From IMG/VR virus record IMGVR_UViG_3300014167_000122, positions 1-45,849 of that record: a DNA stretch of 45,849 nucleotides. One strand, 5' to 3'. This document shows positions 37,118-45,849 of the stretch, piece after piece. Every line of letters starts with the position of its first letter. Position 1 is the first letter of the stretch. The position numbers and the translations under genes were made by a program. Under the pieces are notes generated by a model, which was not told the DNA's origin, did no database searches, and saw only the letters and a program-made list of their open reading frames with translations. This stretch comes from a virus. Taxonomy: Duplodnaviria; Caudoviricetes.

Positions 37118-37965
37118 GCCAAACCATTCAATCCGATGCGCGCAGCCGCGTAGAGAAAGTGGCGCGCATGCTTCCGCCGGACGCGCGCGACGACTTCCGC
37201 ACGCTGATGAACGAGATTGTGTTGGCGAACCTGACCGCGCTCTCTCCAGGCGGGAACCTGATTCAGCCGGGCGGAACACAGTCCAACGCCAGCGCGCCGC
37301 CAGTGGGCGTGACACATAGCGTGACGGGTGCAAATGCAGTGTATAGCGTGGCGATACAGAACCCGGAAGGCAACACGAAACCGATCTACCACGAACTCAG
37401 TTACTCGCCGGTTGTCAGTTTCAGCAAGGGAGTGAAGACGTTGCCGGTCACGTCCAACACTTCGTTGCAGATCCCGGCGCCTGGCGGAAGCTATTTCTTT
37501 CGCCTGCGATCGAGCTACGACAAGAAATCATGGACGCCATACACGCTTACGGATGTGAACTCGATCAGTGCCGGACTGGTCGAATCGTCTGCATTGTCGG
37601 CTGGCGCGGCATTCAACCAGACAAATTACGCCGTACTTAGCCCGACGACCGCGGGCGCGGAAGCGATCTCGATCAGTGGACCCAACGGGCAATTCACTCC
37701 GTACACGGCGGTGCGCGGCGCGAATCAGGCGCTTCGTCCATCGGCCACAATCGTGAATATCCCATTTGGCCCCAATATCTATGTCGGATGGGATGGCGCG
37801 CAGTACCAAACAAAGAACACGTTGGGCGAGGTACTTGGCGACAATCTTGAGCCGGTAGGAGTGGTCATGGTCGGCAGCACGACAAACGGGGGTGGTGGCA
37901 CCAGCGGCAGCAACGGCGGGAGATTGACGCAAGACCCGAATACGCTATTCGGCACCGAGACATAA
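37114..37965 (+). CDS. Putative tail protein with FN3-like segment
   Basis: ATGA-coupled start; GGSYFFRLRSSYD..W motif. Confidence 0.6.
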   Translation: MSQTIQSDARSRVEKVARMLPPDARDDFRTLMNEIVLANLTALSPGGNLIQPGGTQSNASAPPVGVTHSVTGANAVYSVAIQNPEGNTKPIYHELSYSPVVSFSKGVKTLPVTSNTSLQIPAPGGSYFFRLRSSYDKKSWTPYTLTDVNSISAGLVESSALSAGAAFNQTNYAVLSPTTAGAEAISISGPNGQFTPYTAVRGANQALRPSATIVNIPFGPNIYVGWDGAQYQTKNTLGEVLGDNLEPVGVVMVGSTTNGGGGTSGSNGGRLTQDPNTLFGTET

Positions 37966-37980
37966 GGAGTTAGATCATAT

Positions 37981-38574
37981 ATGAAATCCGAAACAGTTGT
38001 TTCCCGATCACAGGGCTGGCTGCTAATCTCTGTTCTGTTCTTTGCGGGCATCCTGATGGGAGCCAGCACGCAGTTGAATCTTGCTACCCAGGTGTACGGC
38101 ACATTGCCGGCAACGAGTATGCCGAATCCATCGGCATCGACCCTCGGCGGCATCCAGTCAATCACGTCGCTTGCGCACAACTGGATTGCCTACGTCGACA
38201 CCAGCGGCGTCCCGCACCAGTCGCAACCGGCGTTTTCTGACATCTCCGGTACGCCATCGACAACTCAGGTTCCAGTCCAATCGCTGACGACAACCGGCAG
38301 CAGCGGCGCGGCTACATTAAGTTCCGGCGTTCTCAACATCCCGCAGTATGGGGCGACGACTTTTAACCAGGGCGCGCCATCCGGCTCCATCAACGGCTCG
38401 AATACCAGTTTCACGCTTTCGCCCACGCCGGCCGCATCGGCTAACGTCAACTGCTTCCTGAACGGCATCCAGCAGCAGCAGGGTGCCGGGAACGATTACA
38501 CGATCTCGGGCGCGACCATCACGTATCTCACTGCACCGCCAACAGGATCCAAACTGAATTGTTTGTGGTACTGA
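37981..38574 (+). CDS. Small fibre-like protein with signal/TM N-terminus
   Basis: AAGGAG RBS; WLLISVLFFAGILMGA; GSINGSNTSFTL..FLNGIQQ..DYTISG domain. Confidence 0.7.
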   Translation: MKSETVVSRSQGWLLISVLFFAGILMGASTQLNLATQVYGTLPATSMPNPSASTLGGIQSITSLAHNWIAYVDTSGVPHQSQPAFSDISGTPSTTQVPVQSLTTTGSSGAATLSSGVLNIPQYGATTFNQGAPSGSINGSNTSFTLSPTPAASANVNCFLNGIQQQQGAGNDYTISGATITYLTAPPTGSKLNCLWY

Positions 38575-38578
38575 TTGC

Positions 38579-39028
38579 TTGTCAAGTATCCGCAGATACG
38601 CCCTTTACGTCATAATTCTTTCGTCTGTGTTTTTGATGGCGGTGACCACCGTCATCAACCTCGCAACGCAGGTTACGGGAGTCCTGCCGACCGCGAACGG
38701 TGGGTGCTGCGCAATCTCCAAAGGGGGCATAGGAACGGCTGCATTAACGCCGGGTAATACGGTGTCCGTCGATTTCAGTACAGCCACTGTGTTTACCCTG
38801 ACACCCGCACAAAGCGAAGTCCTGAACGCCACCAACTGCACCGCCGGAGAAAATGCCAGCCTCATAGTAACAACATCAGGATCAAACACTTACATACTGA
38901 CGTTTTTGACGAACTTCAAAACCAGTGGCACTCTTACAACCGGAACAATAAGCGGCAAAGTATTCGTCGTTTCTTTCATGTGCAACGGAACAACAGCCAC
39001 GGAAATGACCAGAACGGCGGCGATGTAA
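38579..39028 (+). CDS. Small fibre-like protein with signal/TM N-terminus
   Basis: RRYALYVIILSSVFLMA; NLATQVTGVLPTANGG fibre motif shared with upstream gene. Confidence 0.65.
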   Translation: MSSIRRYALYVIILSSVFLMAVTTVINLATQVTGVLPTANGGCCAISKGGIGTAALTPGNTVSVDFSTATVFTLTPAQSEVLNATNCTAGENASLIVTTSGSNTYILTFLTNFKTSGTLTTGTISGKVFVVSFMCNGTTATEMTRTAAM

Positions 39029-39310
39029 ATGGCGTGGAAAATTAAGGACCAGTGGATAGATCTTCAGCAAGCGCAGCATGTGATCCTGTTTCACAATCCC
39101 GACACTGGCCAGGAGCACGCACTGGTCAACCCGTTCAAGTTGCAATCCTGTCCGCATTGTGGGCATGTGAAGGAATCGCAGAGCCAACCCGGAGACTTCC
39201 AAAAAGTTGCGGACAAGGAACTGGCGTCTCTTAACGATCATCACGCGCAAGTCATGCGCTACCGGGAACGCTTCCCGCGCGTGCGCATCGGGAATGGTCC
39301 GCTGAAGTGA
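39029..39310 (+). CDS. Hypothetical protein (CPHC)
   Basis: Coupled to neighbours on both sides. Confidence 0.6.
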   Translation: MAWKIKDQWIDLQQAQHVILFHNPDTGQEHALVNPFKLQSCPHCGHVKESQSQPGDFQKVADKELASLNDHHAQVMRYRERFPRVRIGNGPLK

Positions 39311-39807
39311 GATTGCGCCACATGACGCCAGCTGATGTGCCGGCGGTGCTCGAACGGTTACGCGAACAGAATGAGCGCGATAGCACTTCTTATCAATGCC
39401 CTATGGTTTTTGATTCGATGGGCTCGCGCCTGCCGTCGATTCCTTTGGCGTTGGTAGTGATCGACGAGGACGACCGAGTACTGCAGGGAATCGTCTTTGA
39501 AAAGACGGTAGAGATGATGTCGTTTGGGATCAACGCGCGCGCGTCGATTGCGGCCATGCACGAACAGGAAGCCATCTTCTACCTGCTCAAAGAGCGTGGC
39601 TACAAGGACTTGCACATCTTGGTTCCGAACGAACGAGTATCACAAATGGAGCACGGCCTAGACCGCATACTTGGAATGAACCGCACAACGGAAGTGCTGA
39701 CGCACTTCTACCGCCTGATAGACCAAAGCGAAAACGAAGATCTGCGCAAGTGGTATGCGACCCAGGAGGCAAGGCATGAGCCGGAGCCAGCAGCAAGCAG
39801 TCATTGA
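39307..39807 (+). CDS. GNAT-like protein
   Basis: MRLRHMTPADVPAV start; size and position before ejection genes as in many podoviruses. Confidence 0.55.
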   Translation: MRLRHMTPADVPAVLERLREQNERDSTSYQCPMVFDSMGSRLPSIPLALVVIDEDDRVLQGIVFEKTVEMMSFGINARASIAAMHEQEAIFYLLKERGYKDLHILVPNERVSQMEHGLDRILGMNRTTEVLTHFYRLIDQSENEDLRKWYATQEARHEPEPAASSH

Positions 39808-40372
39808 CACCGCGATCCCGCAAAACAAAGCGTACAACAACGAAGCGCAAACCTCTTACGGGCAGACGCAGCAGGACATCGCCGATTACGCAAAAGACGT
39901 GGGAGCGTTCAAGGCCGCCAATCCTTACGTCCAAGGCGGACAGTTCCAGACAGCGGCCAATCAAGGGATAGCGGACAGTGCCGCGGCGGGAGCGCAGGCG
40001 CTTGGGCAAACACTGCAAGGGCAATCGGTGCGTACCGGACAGAACGCTGGCGGCGCGATCGCGGCGACTGAGGACATGCAGGCGCGAAACCAGCGCGCGG
40101 CCGCCGGTGAGCAGGCAGGCGCAACACAATCGCGACTTGCCGGACAGACCGGATACGGCGAGGCAACGCTCGGCGCGGAAGCCAAAATCCCAGGCATGGA
40201 AGACACGGTTGCAAATCAGGAAGGCCAGTTGGCAGCCGATGCACTGAGGACACAGGCGCAGGCTTCGACGACCCCGGGCTGGGGCGATGTGTTTGGCGAT
40301 GCGTTTGGCGCACAACTTGGCAAAACACTCGCTGGTGGAAACATTCCAAAAAGCGGCGGCGCGGGAGGCTAG
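39776..40372 (+). CDS. Putative DNA ejection/pilot protein
   Basis: AGGAGG RBS before ATG 39776; Ala/Gln/Gly-rich helical. Confidence 0.6.
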   Translation: MSRSQQQAVIDTAIPQNKAYNNEAQTSYGQTQQDIADYAKDVGAFKAANPYVQGGQFQTAANQGIADSAAAGAQALGQTLQGQSVRTGQNAGGAIAATEDMQARNQRAAAGEQAGATQSRLAGQTGYGEATLGAEAKIPGMEDTVANQEGQLAADALRTQAQASTTPGWGDVFGDAFGAQLGKTLAGGNIPKSGGAGG

Positions 40373-40378
40373 GTAAAA

Positions 40379-41818
40379 ATGTCAGACGACAAATTCAGAG
40401 CAGGGCTGGACGACCAAGAAGAACTCGGGCAGTATCCAAGCGCCGCCAGTCCGCTCACGACTTTGGGACTGGACCCTGACGTTGTGCGCGCCAACCCAGA
40501 CTTACTCAAAGGGTTGGGGGCAAACAAGTCGGCAACCCCGCCGCCGGGGATGATGTCCGCACCCGCACAGTCAAAGCCGTCCGCCAGCGCGGTAACGGCT
40601 GGCGCGGTTGGTGGGGCTGGCGACCCGTCGCTTACCGATGATGCAAAGCAAGGCATTACGGGAGAACTGCGCACAGCAAAGTCAATGGAAGGGATGGCCA
40701 GCCAGTTAGGTACGGTTGACCCATCGATTCAGAAAGCGCAACAGGCCCGAGACGCCGCCGACGATGCTGCGCGGAATTTCAACGATGCGCCGTATGAGGC
40801 ATCTCGCGGACAAAAAATATGGCGCGGCGTGCGCGGCGGGCTGACGGGACTTGCCAAAGGTGGAGTCATGGGTGCGGTGCGCGGCGCGGTTGATCCTGAA
40901 TCAGTAGGCTCGACTCCGTACAGTGCGCCAAATGCTGAAGGCGAAGCCGCCCGCGGGAAACTGCTAGAGACCCAGCGTACGACCAACCGCAGTTATGATG
41001 AGTCGCTAGAGAACTGGAAGCGCGCCAACGAAGCGCGGAAGGAAGGTTTAGGCGCAACGAAGGATGCCGCTACCGCTTTCGGCGGCGCGGCCGGGCACGC
41101 CACGGCGGAAACGACTGCCGAACAGAAGCCAGAAACGGAAGCCAACAAAGCCGATGAGAAATTTAAACTGGACCAAAAAGAGTTTGACTTGCGCACGCAG
41201 CGCGCAAACCAGTTGCAACTTAAGGGCATGAACCGGATGCTGTACTTGCTCAACGGCAAGGTGCCGGATCCACGACAACCCACAGAAGGCGAGTACACGG
41301 CAGCAGTCGTTGCCAACGCGACAAAGGTATGGAGCGCGGCGCACGGCGGGCAGTCGCCGCAGACATTGAAAGACCTGAACGAGATTCAGCAGGCAGCGCG
41401 CGGCACACTCGGGAAAGGCGACAAAGGCGATGCGCAGGAAGCGGCCAACTTGCGCGCGGCGGGGAGACTGGCAGAAGGGCGCGTCAAGAGTCTCGAAAGT
41501 ATCATGAAATCACCAGCTTACGCATACGGAACAGAAGAACAGCGTAAACCGATTCAGGATGAACTCGACAAAGCCAAAGAAGAACTCGACGATATTCAAG
41601 AGCAGTTGAAAGGCGATGAATCGGACACTGTGCCGCCTGGGGGCCCCGTCGCTCCTCCCGCTGGTGGGCCCGCTCCCGGTGGACCGCAACCGATTGCCAG
41701 TCACGGCCAGCCCGTACCCAAGCCCGCCGGCGCAACGCACACGGTCAAGAGCAAACTTGACCAAAAACTGCACTGGACAAATGCCGATGGAACGGTTGAT
41801 CTCGGAGTGGCGCAGTAG
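40379..41818 (+). CDS. Putative DNA ejection / internal virion protein
   Basis: Gly-zipper RGVRGGLTGLAKGGVMGAVRG, coiled coils, Pro-rich tail. Confidence 0.6.
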   Translation: MSDDKFRAGLDDQEELGQYPSAASPLTTLGLDPDVVRANPDLLKGLGANKSATPPPGMMSAPAQSKPSASAVTAGAVGGAGDPSLTDDAKQGITGELRTAKSMEGMASQLGTVDPSIQKAQQARDAADDAARNFNDAPYEASRGQKIWRGVRGGLTGLAKGGVMGAVRGAVDPESVGSTPYSAPNAEGEAARGKLLETQRTTNRSYDESLENWKRANEARKEGLGATKDAATAFGGAAGHATAETTAEQKPETEANKADEKFKLDQKEFDLRTQRANQLQLKGMNRMLYLLNGKVPDPRQPTEGEYTAAVVANATKVWSAAHGGQSPQTLKDLNEIQQAARGTLGKGDKGDAQEAANLRAAGRLAEGRVKSLESIMKSPAYAYGTEEQRKPIQDELDKAKEELDDIQEQLKGDESDTVPPGGPVAPPAGGPAPGGPQPIASHGQPVPKPAGATHTVKSKLDQKLHWTNADGTVDLGVAQ

Positions 41819-44800
41819 ATGGGCGCAGGGGTATTCGACCTCAGTACGCTCAAGCCAGCCGCACCTTCCGCTCCACCTACGCCACCACCCTTTGATCTCA
41901 GCACGTTAAAGCCGATTGCTGGCCCGCAACCCCCCGCTGGGCCGGCACCAGCCGCGAACCCCATTACCCCACCGCAATCGGACTTAACGTATGACACCGG
42001 TGCGCTCTCCGGGCGCCCTATACCTGACCTCCTGAAGCGTGGGAACGTGGACGTAAATCATCGCCCATCGATCGCAAACGATGATGGTTCTCATAGCAGC
42101 ATCTATTCGGTCACGGTTCCGGTAAACGAGGATGGGAGCGTTTGGAAGGGGAAGTATGATAAAGCCCCACAGTACGCGCTTGTTCCTTCGATTGCTGACG
42201 GCAAATTTCTTACGCATGACGGGAAAATACCTCCGAAGAATGACCGCGCTGCGAACTCTAAACTCGAAGATGCAGCCACCGACTATTACGCCAAGAACCG
42301 TCAGCACTTAGGAATCTTCCGCACCGCCGACGCCGCTGACCGGTATGCAAGGGAAACCCATGCGTACATGAATGATGGCTCAGACAAGAAGGTATTCCAT
42401 CCATCCCCGCCCGTCCCCGGTGCTGTGCCAGGAACACCCGCACCTGCGCAAGCCGTTCCCAAGCCTGAGTTTGATCTGTCCTCGCTCAAACCGGTCACGC
42501 AGGGACCGCCCGCATCTACCGCGCCAGCATATTCCGATGTGCCTGACGGATACAAAGTTCTCCCCGCCGCAACCAATCCGCCACTAGAAACTCCAAAATT
42601 AGGATTCCAGGGTGGCAAGTTATCGCCATCGCAAAACACCCTCGATATTGGCCAGCCTCCGCGCGCAGTCCCATCTCCCGAAGCGTCCGGCCTAGCTTTA
42701 GCCTCCGAACAGCGCGAACGGCGCGCGGCGCAACTTCCGGTTGGCCCAGTCTCGCCCGGCCAAGGTGCATCCCAAGAGCAGATTGCACAGCAGCAGCCGC
42801 ACCCATTTACGCCCACTGGCGTAGCGCAGCCAAATGTACAACCGCAGGAGCCTGCCGCCGTTCCTGTCCCTGTTGGTCCGAAGTTCACCAATCCCGGCAA
42901 AGCCACGCCACAAGAAGCCGCAGCGGACATCAATAGTCCGTTCTTTGGGCTGAGCGGTTACCCAGAGATGGCAGCCGGACTTGGCAAACTCGTTCCTCCG
43001 TCAACCCATCAGCAAACATTAAAAGAGGCGCAGGTTGGCGCGACAGAACTGCTAAAAGGTGCCACGGCTGCCGCATCACCATTTATGGTAGTTGGTGGTG
43101 TGCTAGCGCCCGAAGCGGCAGTTCTAGCCGCAGGCGGCGCTTACGCTGGTGGAAAAGCAGCCAAGTCACTAACGTCCGCTTTGAACGGTTCCCCGGAAGC
43201 GCAGGATCTAGCCGAGCAAGCCGGGCAGATTGCTGGCGGTTTTGCTGGCGGACTTGCCCACGCTGGACTTTCGCACTTGTCTAGTCCCGAAGGTGCGCTG
43301 ACCGATCTTCTATGGAAACGTGGATACGTCCAAGGCAGTGATGGCGAGCCCGTCTACATCACGTCGCAGGCGCAGGCACGCGCAGTTGCGCAAGAGATCA
43401 TCCGACAGAACCCGCAAGGCATCATCGGGAGTTTGGTAACCAAGGCTCGAGCAACCGAGGCGGCCGCCAACGTCAGTCCGCGAGAGTTCAAAGGAACCGC
43501 GGAGCCGCGCTACTCCGATGTCCCGCAGGACTACAAACTCCTGCCCGCCGAAGCCTCGCCCACCCATCACGCCACGGACAACGTAGACGATCTCCGCGCG
43601 AGCGCCGAGCGGCAATCCGACAAACTAGGAGATACGGTATCGGATGCCACCAAGGACGTGAAGGGCGCAAAACTGGAATCTGTCCGCGACGCGAAAGACG
43701 CTGACCGCATTGAAGATAAAGCCGAGCGCCAAGGTGTAAAGCCATCGCAGATTGCAGACGTTGCCGCGGCCAAGGTTACGGTTCCCGACCAGAAGGCAGC
43801 CGAGGACGTGTTGACGAACCTGCACGAAAAGATGCCGGTGGAGAGCGTCAACGGTTCAGTCACAGGCGAGCCAGGGAAGAACGGCGTGCGCCAGGTGCAG
43901 GCGATCGTAGACAACAAAGCGCCGGCAGGGGAGCCAGTCAAAAAGTCCGAAGTCATCGTACAGACGCCAGAGATGGCGAAGGCGACGGAGCAGACGCATG
44001 ACGATTATAGCAAGGCCCAGGAACTACGTGCTCAAGGTAAAGACGCCGAGGCCGCGCCGATTGAACAAAAGATTGTCGAGCCGCACAACGCAGCGGAACA
44101 AGCCGCGCGAGAGAGACAAGGTGTGCCCGCCGACGAATCAAACACTCCTGAAGCTAGAGAAGCACTTCGTAAAGTCCTAGCAGGCGAAGAGTTAACCGAT
44201 ACCGAAAAAGCGATCGGAGAACGTCAGAAGGCCCGCGACGAGGCAATCCAAAAGCTATCACCAGAAGAAGCCGCAAAACTCCCGGATAAGGATTTTAAAA
44301 GGTGGCTGTATCCTCGCTCGCAGGAATGGATACTAGACCCGAAAGTGTACGAAGAAGTTGCCCGAGCGCAGATTGCTCGTGGCGAAGATCCATCTCTTGT
44401 TCGTCAGATCCTAGAGGGGCGCGCTGGCTTATTAGAAGATGATCCATCTGAACTAACCAAGAGCGGCGTAGCCGAAACGCCAGAGGAAGCTAAGACATTA
44501 GCGGGAAAGAACGCAGCCCACAATAAACGCATGTACGCAGCTATGGAACGTGTTCGCGCGCTCGAACAGGAGGCCACAGGTGCCCTACGTATCGGAAGCC
44601 GAGAGGGGTTGGTTCAACGCACACCGGAAGAAACTGGGGGACAAGGTAGTGGACGAGTGGAACCAGGCGAGCAAGGGAAAGAAACTCCCGCCGCGCGCCC
44701 CGAAGCCGCCGGAGAAAAAGAAGAAGGACGCCCCGCCGCCGGACCCGAGCGGACCTCTGACGTAGCCCGAAACGACCGCATCTATAACCCGCCGCGGGCG

Positions 44801-45849
44801 AGCGACGAGCCGCGATCTCCGCAGGATCTTGTGACGCGAGGCTTCTTCTCAAGTGACAAGGTAGAGGACGCTGGCGCGAAAGCTCGACTTGCATCCGAGC
44901 GCCGCTTTGGGAGCATCCCGCGCGGGGAAGGCCAGCCAGAGCGCCGCGTCAACCAAGCACCCAAGCCGCCAGAACTGAGCGACGACGAAAAGCTCAAAGC
45001 AGCGTTTGCCAAGGGCGGCGCGCAGAAAGTAGCAGGCTCCGACACTGCCGAAGGGCGAGCGCGGCACGAGAAGGCTCGTGACATGGCCCGGCAGCAACTT
45101 GGCTTGAAGCCAGGGGAGACGCCGACTGATCCCAAAGAGTTTAGCCGCTTTGTCTCTACCGCCAACGACATCGAAGTAAAGCTACGCAACGAGCCCGCCA
45201 AAGCGCCAGTCCCGCCGGAAGCTGGACGCATGAAAGGGAAGCAAGTTGAAGTACGCGATCCCAAGACAGGCGAATGGAAACTCGGCACCGTGGCGGGCGA
45301 AGGGACAAACAACAACTGGTCTGGTGGGAAGAGTATCCGGCGGCTGCGCGGGACATTCGAGGATGGCTCAAAGTTCGACAACGTAGACATCGCGGACACG
45401 CGATCGCCGCAAGCCAAGGGCAAGGTCGAAGGCAGCGACTTCGACGGAACGCTCTTTGAAAAGACGGCAGACGGCAGCATTGGCAAGCCGATTCCCGAAC
45501 GTATCGAAAGCCTGAAAAAATACATTGCAGAAGGCAAGCAATTCCAGATTGAGAGCAAGCGTGCGGCGCGCGGGCCAGAAGAAATCAAGCGCATGCAGGA
45601 TGCGCTGGAAGCCGCCGGACTGCCACGTTTGCCAATCACGGTCGCCAAAAACGCAAACACCGAACTGATTGACGATGAAGAAAAGAATATCAAAGGTGTG
45701 AAGATCGACCACGTAGAAACGAACGCCAACACACCGTTACCAGACGTGGCCCGCAAGCTAGGAGAGGCACCCGTCCCACCAGCGAGAGTTGCTGAGATGG
45801 AAGCGATGAAGAAACGCATCGCTGAGTTAGAAAAGAAAGCGCCTCTCAA
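41819..45849 (+). CDS. Giant polyvalent internal virion protein, 3' truncated (>1340 aa; absent from ORF track)
   Basis: ATG directly after upstream TAG; no in-frame stop found on manual translation; FDLS(T/S)LKP x3, GNVDVNHRP domain, Gly/Ala hydrophobic segment, RelA/SpoT-like domain. Confidence 0.85.
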   Translation, partial: MGAGVFDLSTLKPAAPSAPPTPPPFDLSTLKPIAGPQPPAGPAPAANPITPPQSDLTYDTGALSGRPIPDLLKRGNVDVNHRPSIANDDGSHSSIYSVTVPVNEDGSVWKGKYDKAPQYALVPSIADGKFLTHDGKIPPKNDRAANSKLEDAATDYYAKNRQHLGIFRTADAADRYARETHAYMNDGSDKKVFHPSPPVPGAVPGTPAPAQAVPKPEFDLSSLKPVTQGPPASTAPAYSDVPDGYKVLPAATNPPLETPKLGFQGGKLSPSQNTLDIGQPPRAVPSPEASGLALASEQRERRAAQLPVGPVSPGQGASQEQIAQQQPHPFTPTGVAQPNVQPQEPAAVPVPVGPKFTNPGKATPQEAAADINSPFFGLSGYPEMAAGLGKLVPPSTHQQTLKEAQVGATELLKGATAAASPFMVVGGVLAPEAAVLAAGGAYAGGKAAKSLTSALNGSPEAQDLAEQAGQIAGGFAGGLAHAGLSHLSSPEGALTDLLWKRGYVQGSDGEPVYITSQAQARAVAQEIIRQNPQGIIGSLVTKARATEAAANVSPREFKGTAEPRYSDVPQDYKLLPAEASPTHHATDNVDDLRASAERQSDKLGDTVSDATKDVKGAKLESVRDAKDADRIEDKAERQGVKPSQIADVAAAKVTVPDQKAAEDVLTNLHEKMPVESVNGSVTGEPGKNGVRQVQAIVDNKAPAGEPVKKSEVIVQTPEMAKATEQTHDDYSKAQELRAQGKDAEAAPIEQKIVEPHNAAEQAARERQGVPADESNTPEAREALRKVLAGEELTDTEKAIGERQKARDEAIQKLSPEEAAKLPDKDFKRWLYPRSQEWILDPKVYEEVARAQIARGEDPSLVRQILEGRAGLLEDDPSELTKSGVAETPEEAKTLAGKNAAHNKRMYAAMERVRALEQEATGALRIGSREGLVQRTPEETGGQGSGRVEPGEQGKETPAARPEAAGEKEEGRPAAGPERTSDVARNDRIYNPPRASDEPRSPQDLVTRGFFSSDKVEDAGAKARLASERRFGSIPRGEGQPERRVNQAPKPPELSDDEKLKAAFAKGGAQKVAGSDTAEGRARHEKARDMARQQLGLKPGETPTDPKEFSRFVSTANDIEVKLRNEPAKAPVPPEAGRMKGKQVEVRDPKTGEWKLGTVAGEGTNNNWSGGKSIRRLRGTFEDGSKFDNVDIADTRSPQAKGKVEGSDFDGTLFEKTADGSIGKPIPERIESLKKYIAEGKQFQIESKRAARGPEEIKRMQDALEAAGLPRLPITVAKNANTELIDDEEKNIKGVKIDHVETNANTPLPDVARKLGEAPVPPARVAEMEAMKKRIAELEKKAPL
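44580..44765 (+). CDS. Nested out-of-frame small basic protein (61 aa)
   Basis: AGGAGG at 44568-73 then GTG 44580; MPYVSEAERGWFNAHRKKLGDKVVDEWNQASKGKKLPPR. Confidence 0.6.
   Translation: MPYVSEAERGWFNAHRKKLGDKVVDEWNQASKGKKLPPRAPKPPEKKKKDAPPPDPSGPLT

Noticed and set aside
44782-45849. 355-aa minus-strand ORF
   Set aside because: Antisense shadow of the giant + strand gene, which the ORF track missed because it has no stop in the window
23306-45849. Contractile injection system or long-tailed phage
   Set aside because: No sheath, tube, baseplate or tape-measure genes recognised; layout fits a short-tailed virion with ejection proteins

Overview
The window is the late (virion and lysis) region of a tailed, podovirus-like bacteriophage or prophage, almost entirely on the + strand. 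In order: (1) an ~18 kb block of large Gly/Ser/Thr/Cys-rich fibre- or decoration-like genes (460-18601); (2) a GT-A glycosyltransferase-like gene, an HNH homing endonuclease and a papain-like peptidase; (3) a lysis cassette (two small membrane proteins, a putative outer-membrane beta-barrel, a SleB-family endolysin); (4) probable portal, scaffold and major capsid genes; (5) adaptor- and nozzle-like tail genes, a GNAT-like gene, two ejection-like genes and a giant polyvalent protein gene that runs off the end. The most unusual feature is that about ten genes, most of them fibre-like, encode Sec-type signal peptides, eight followed by Gln. One of them also has an S74 autocleaving chaperone plus a C-terminal transmembrane anchor. 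This suggests virion appendages that are exported and matured outside the cytoplasm. Also notable: a nested out-of-frame gene and a degenerate RelA/SpoT-like domain inside the giant gene, an antisense moron with a palindromic operator, and two structured-RNA candidates. All calls come from motif reading and gene order; no database searches were run. An Acidobacteriota-like diderm host is only a guess.
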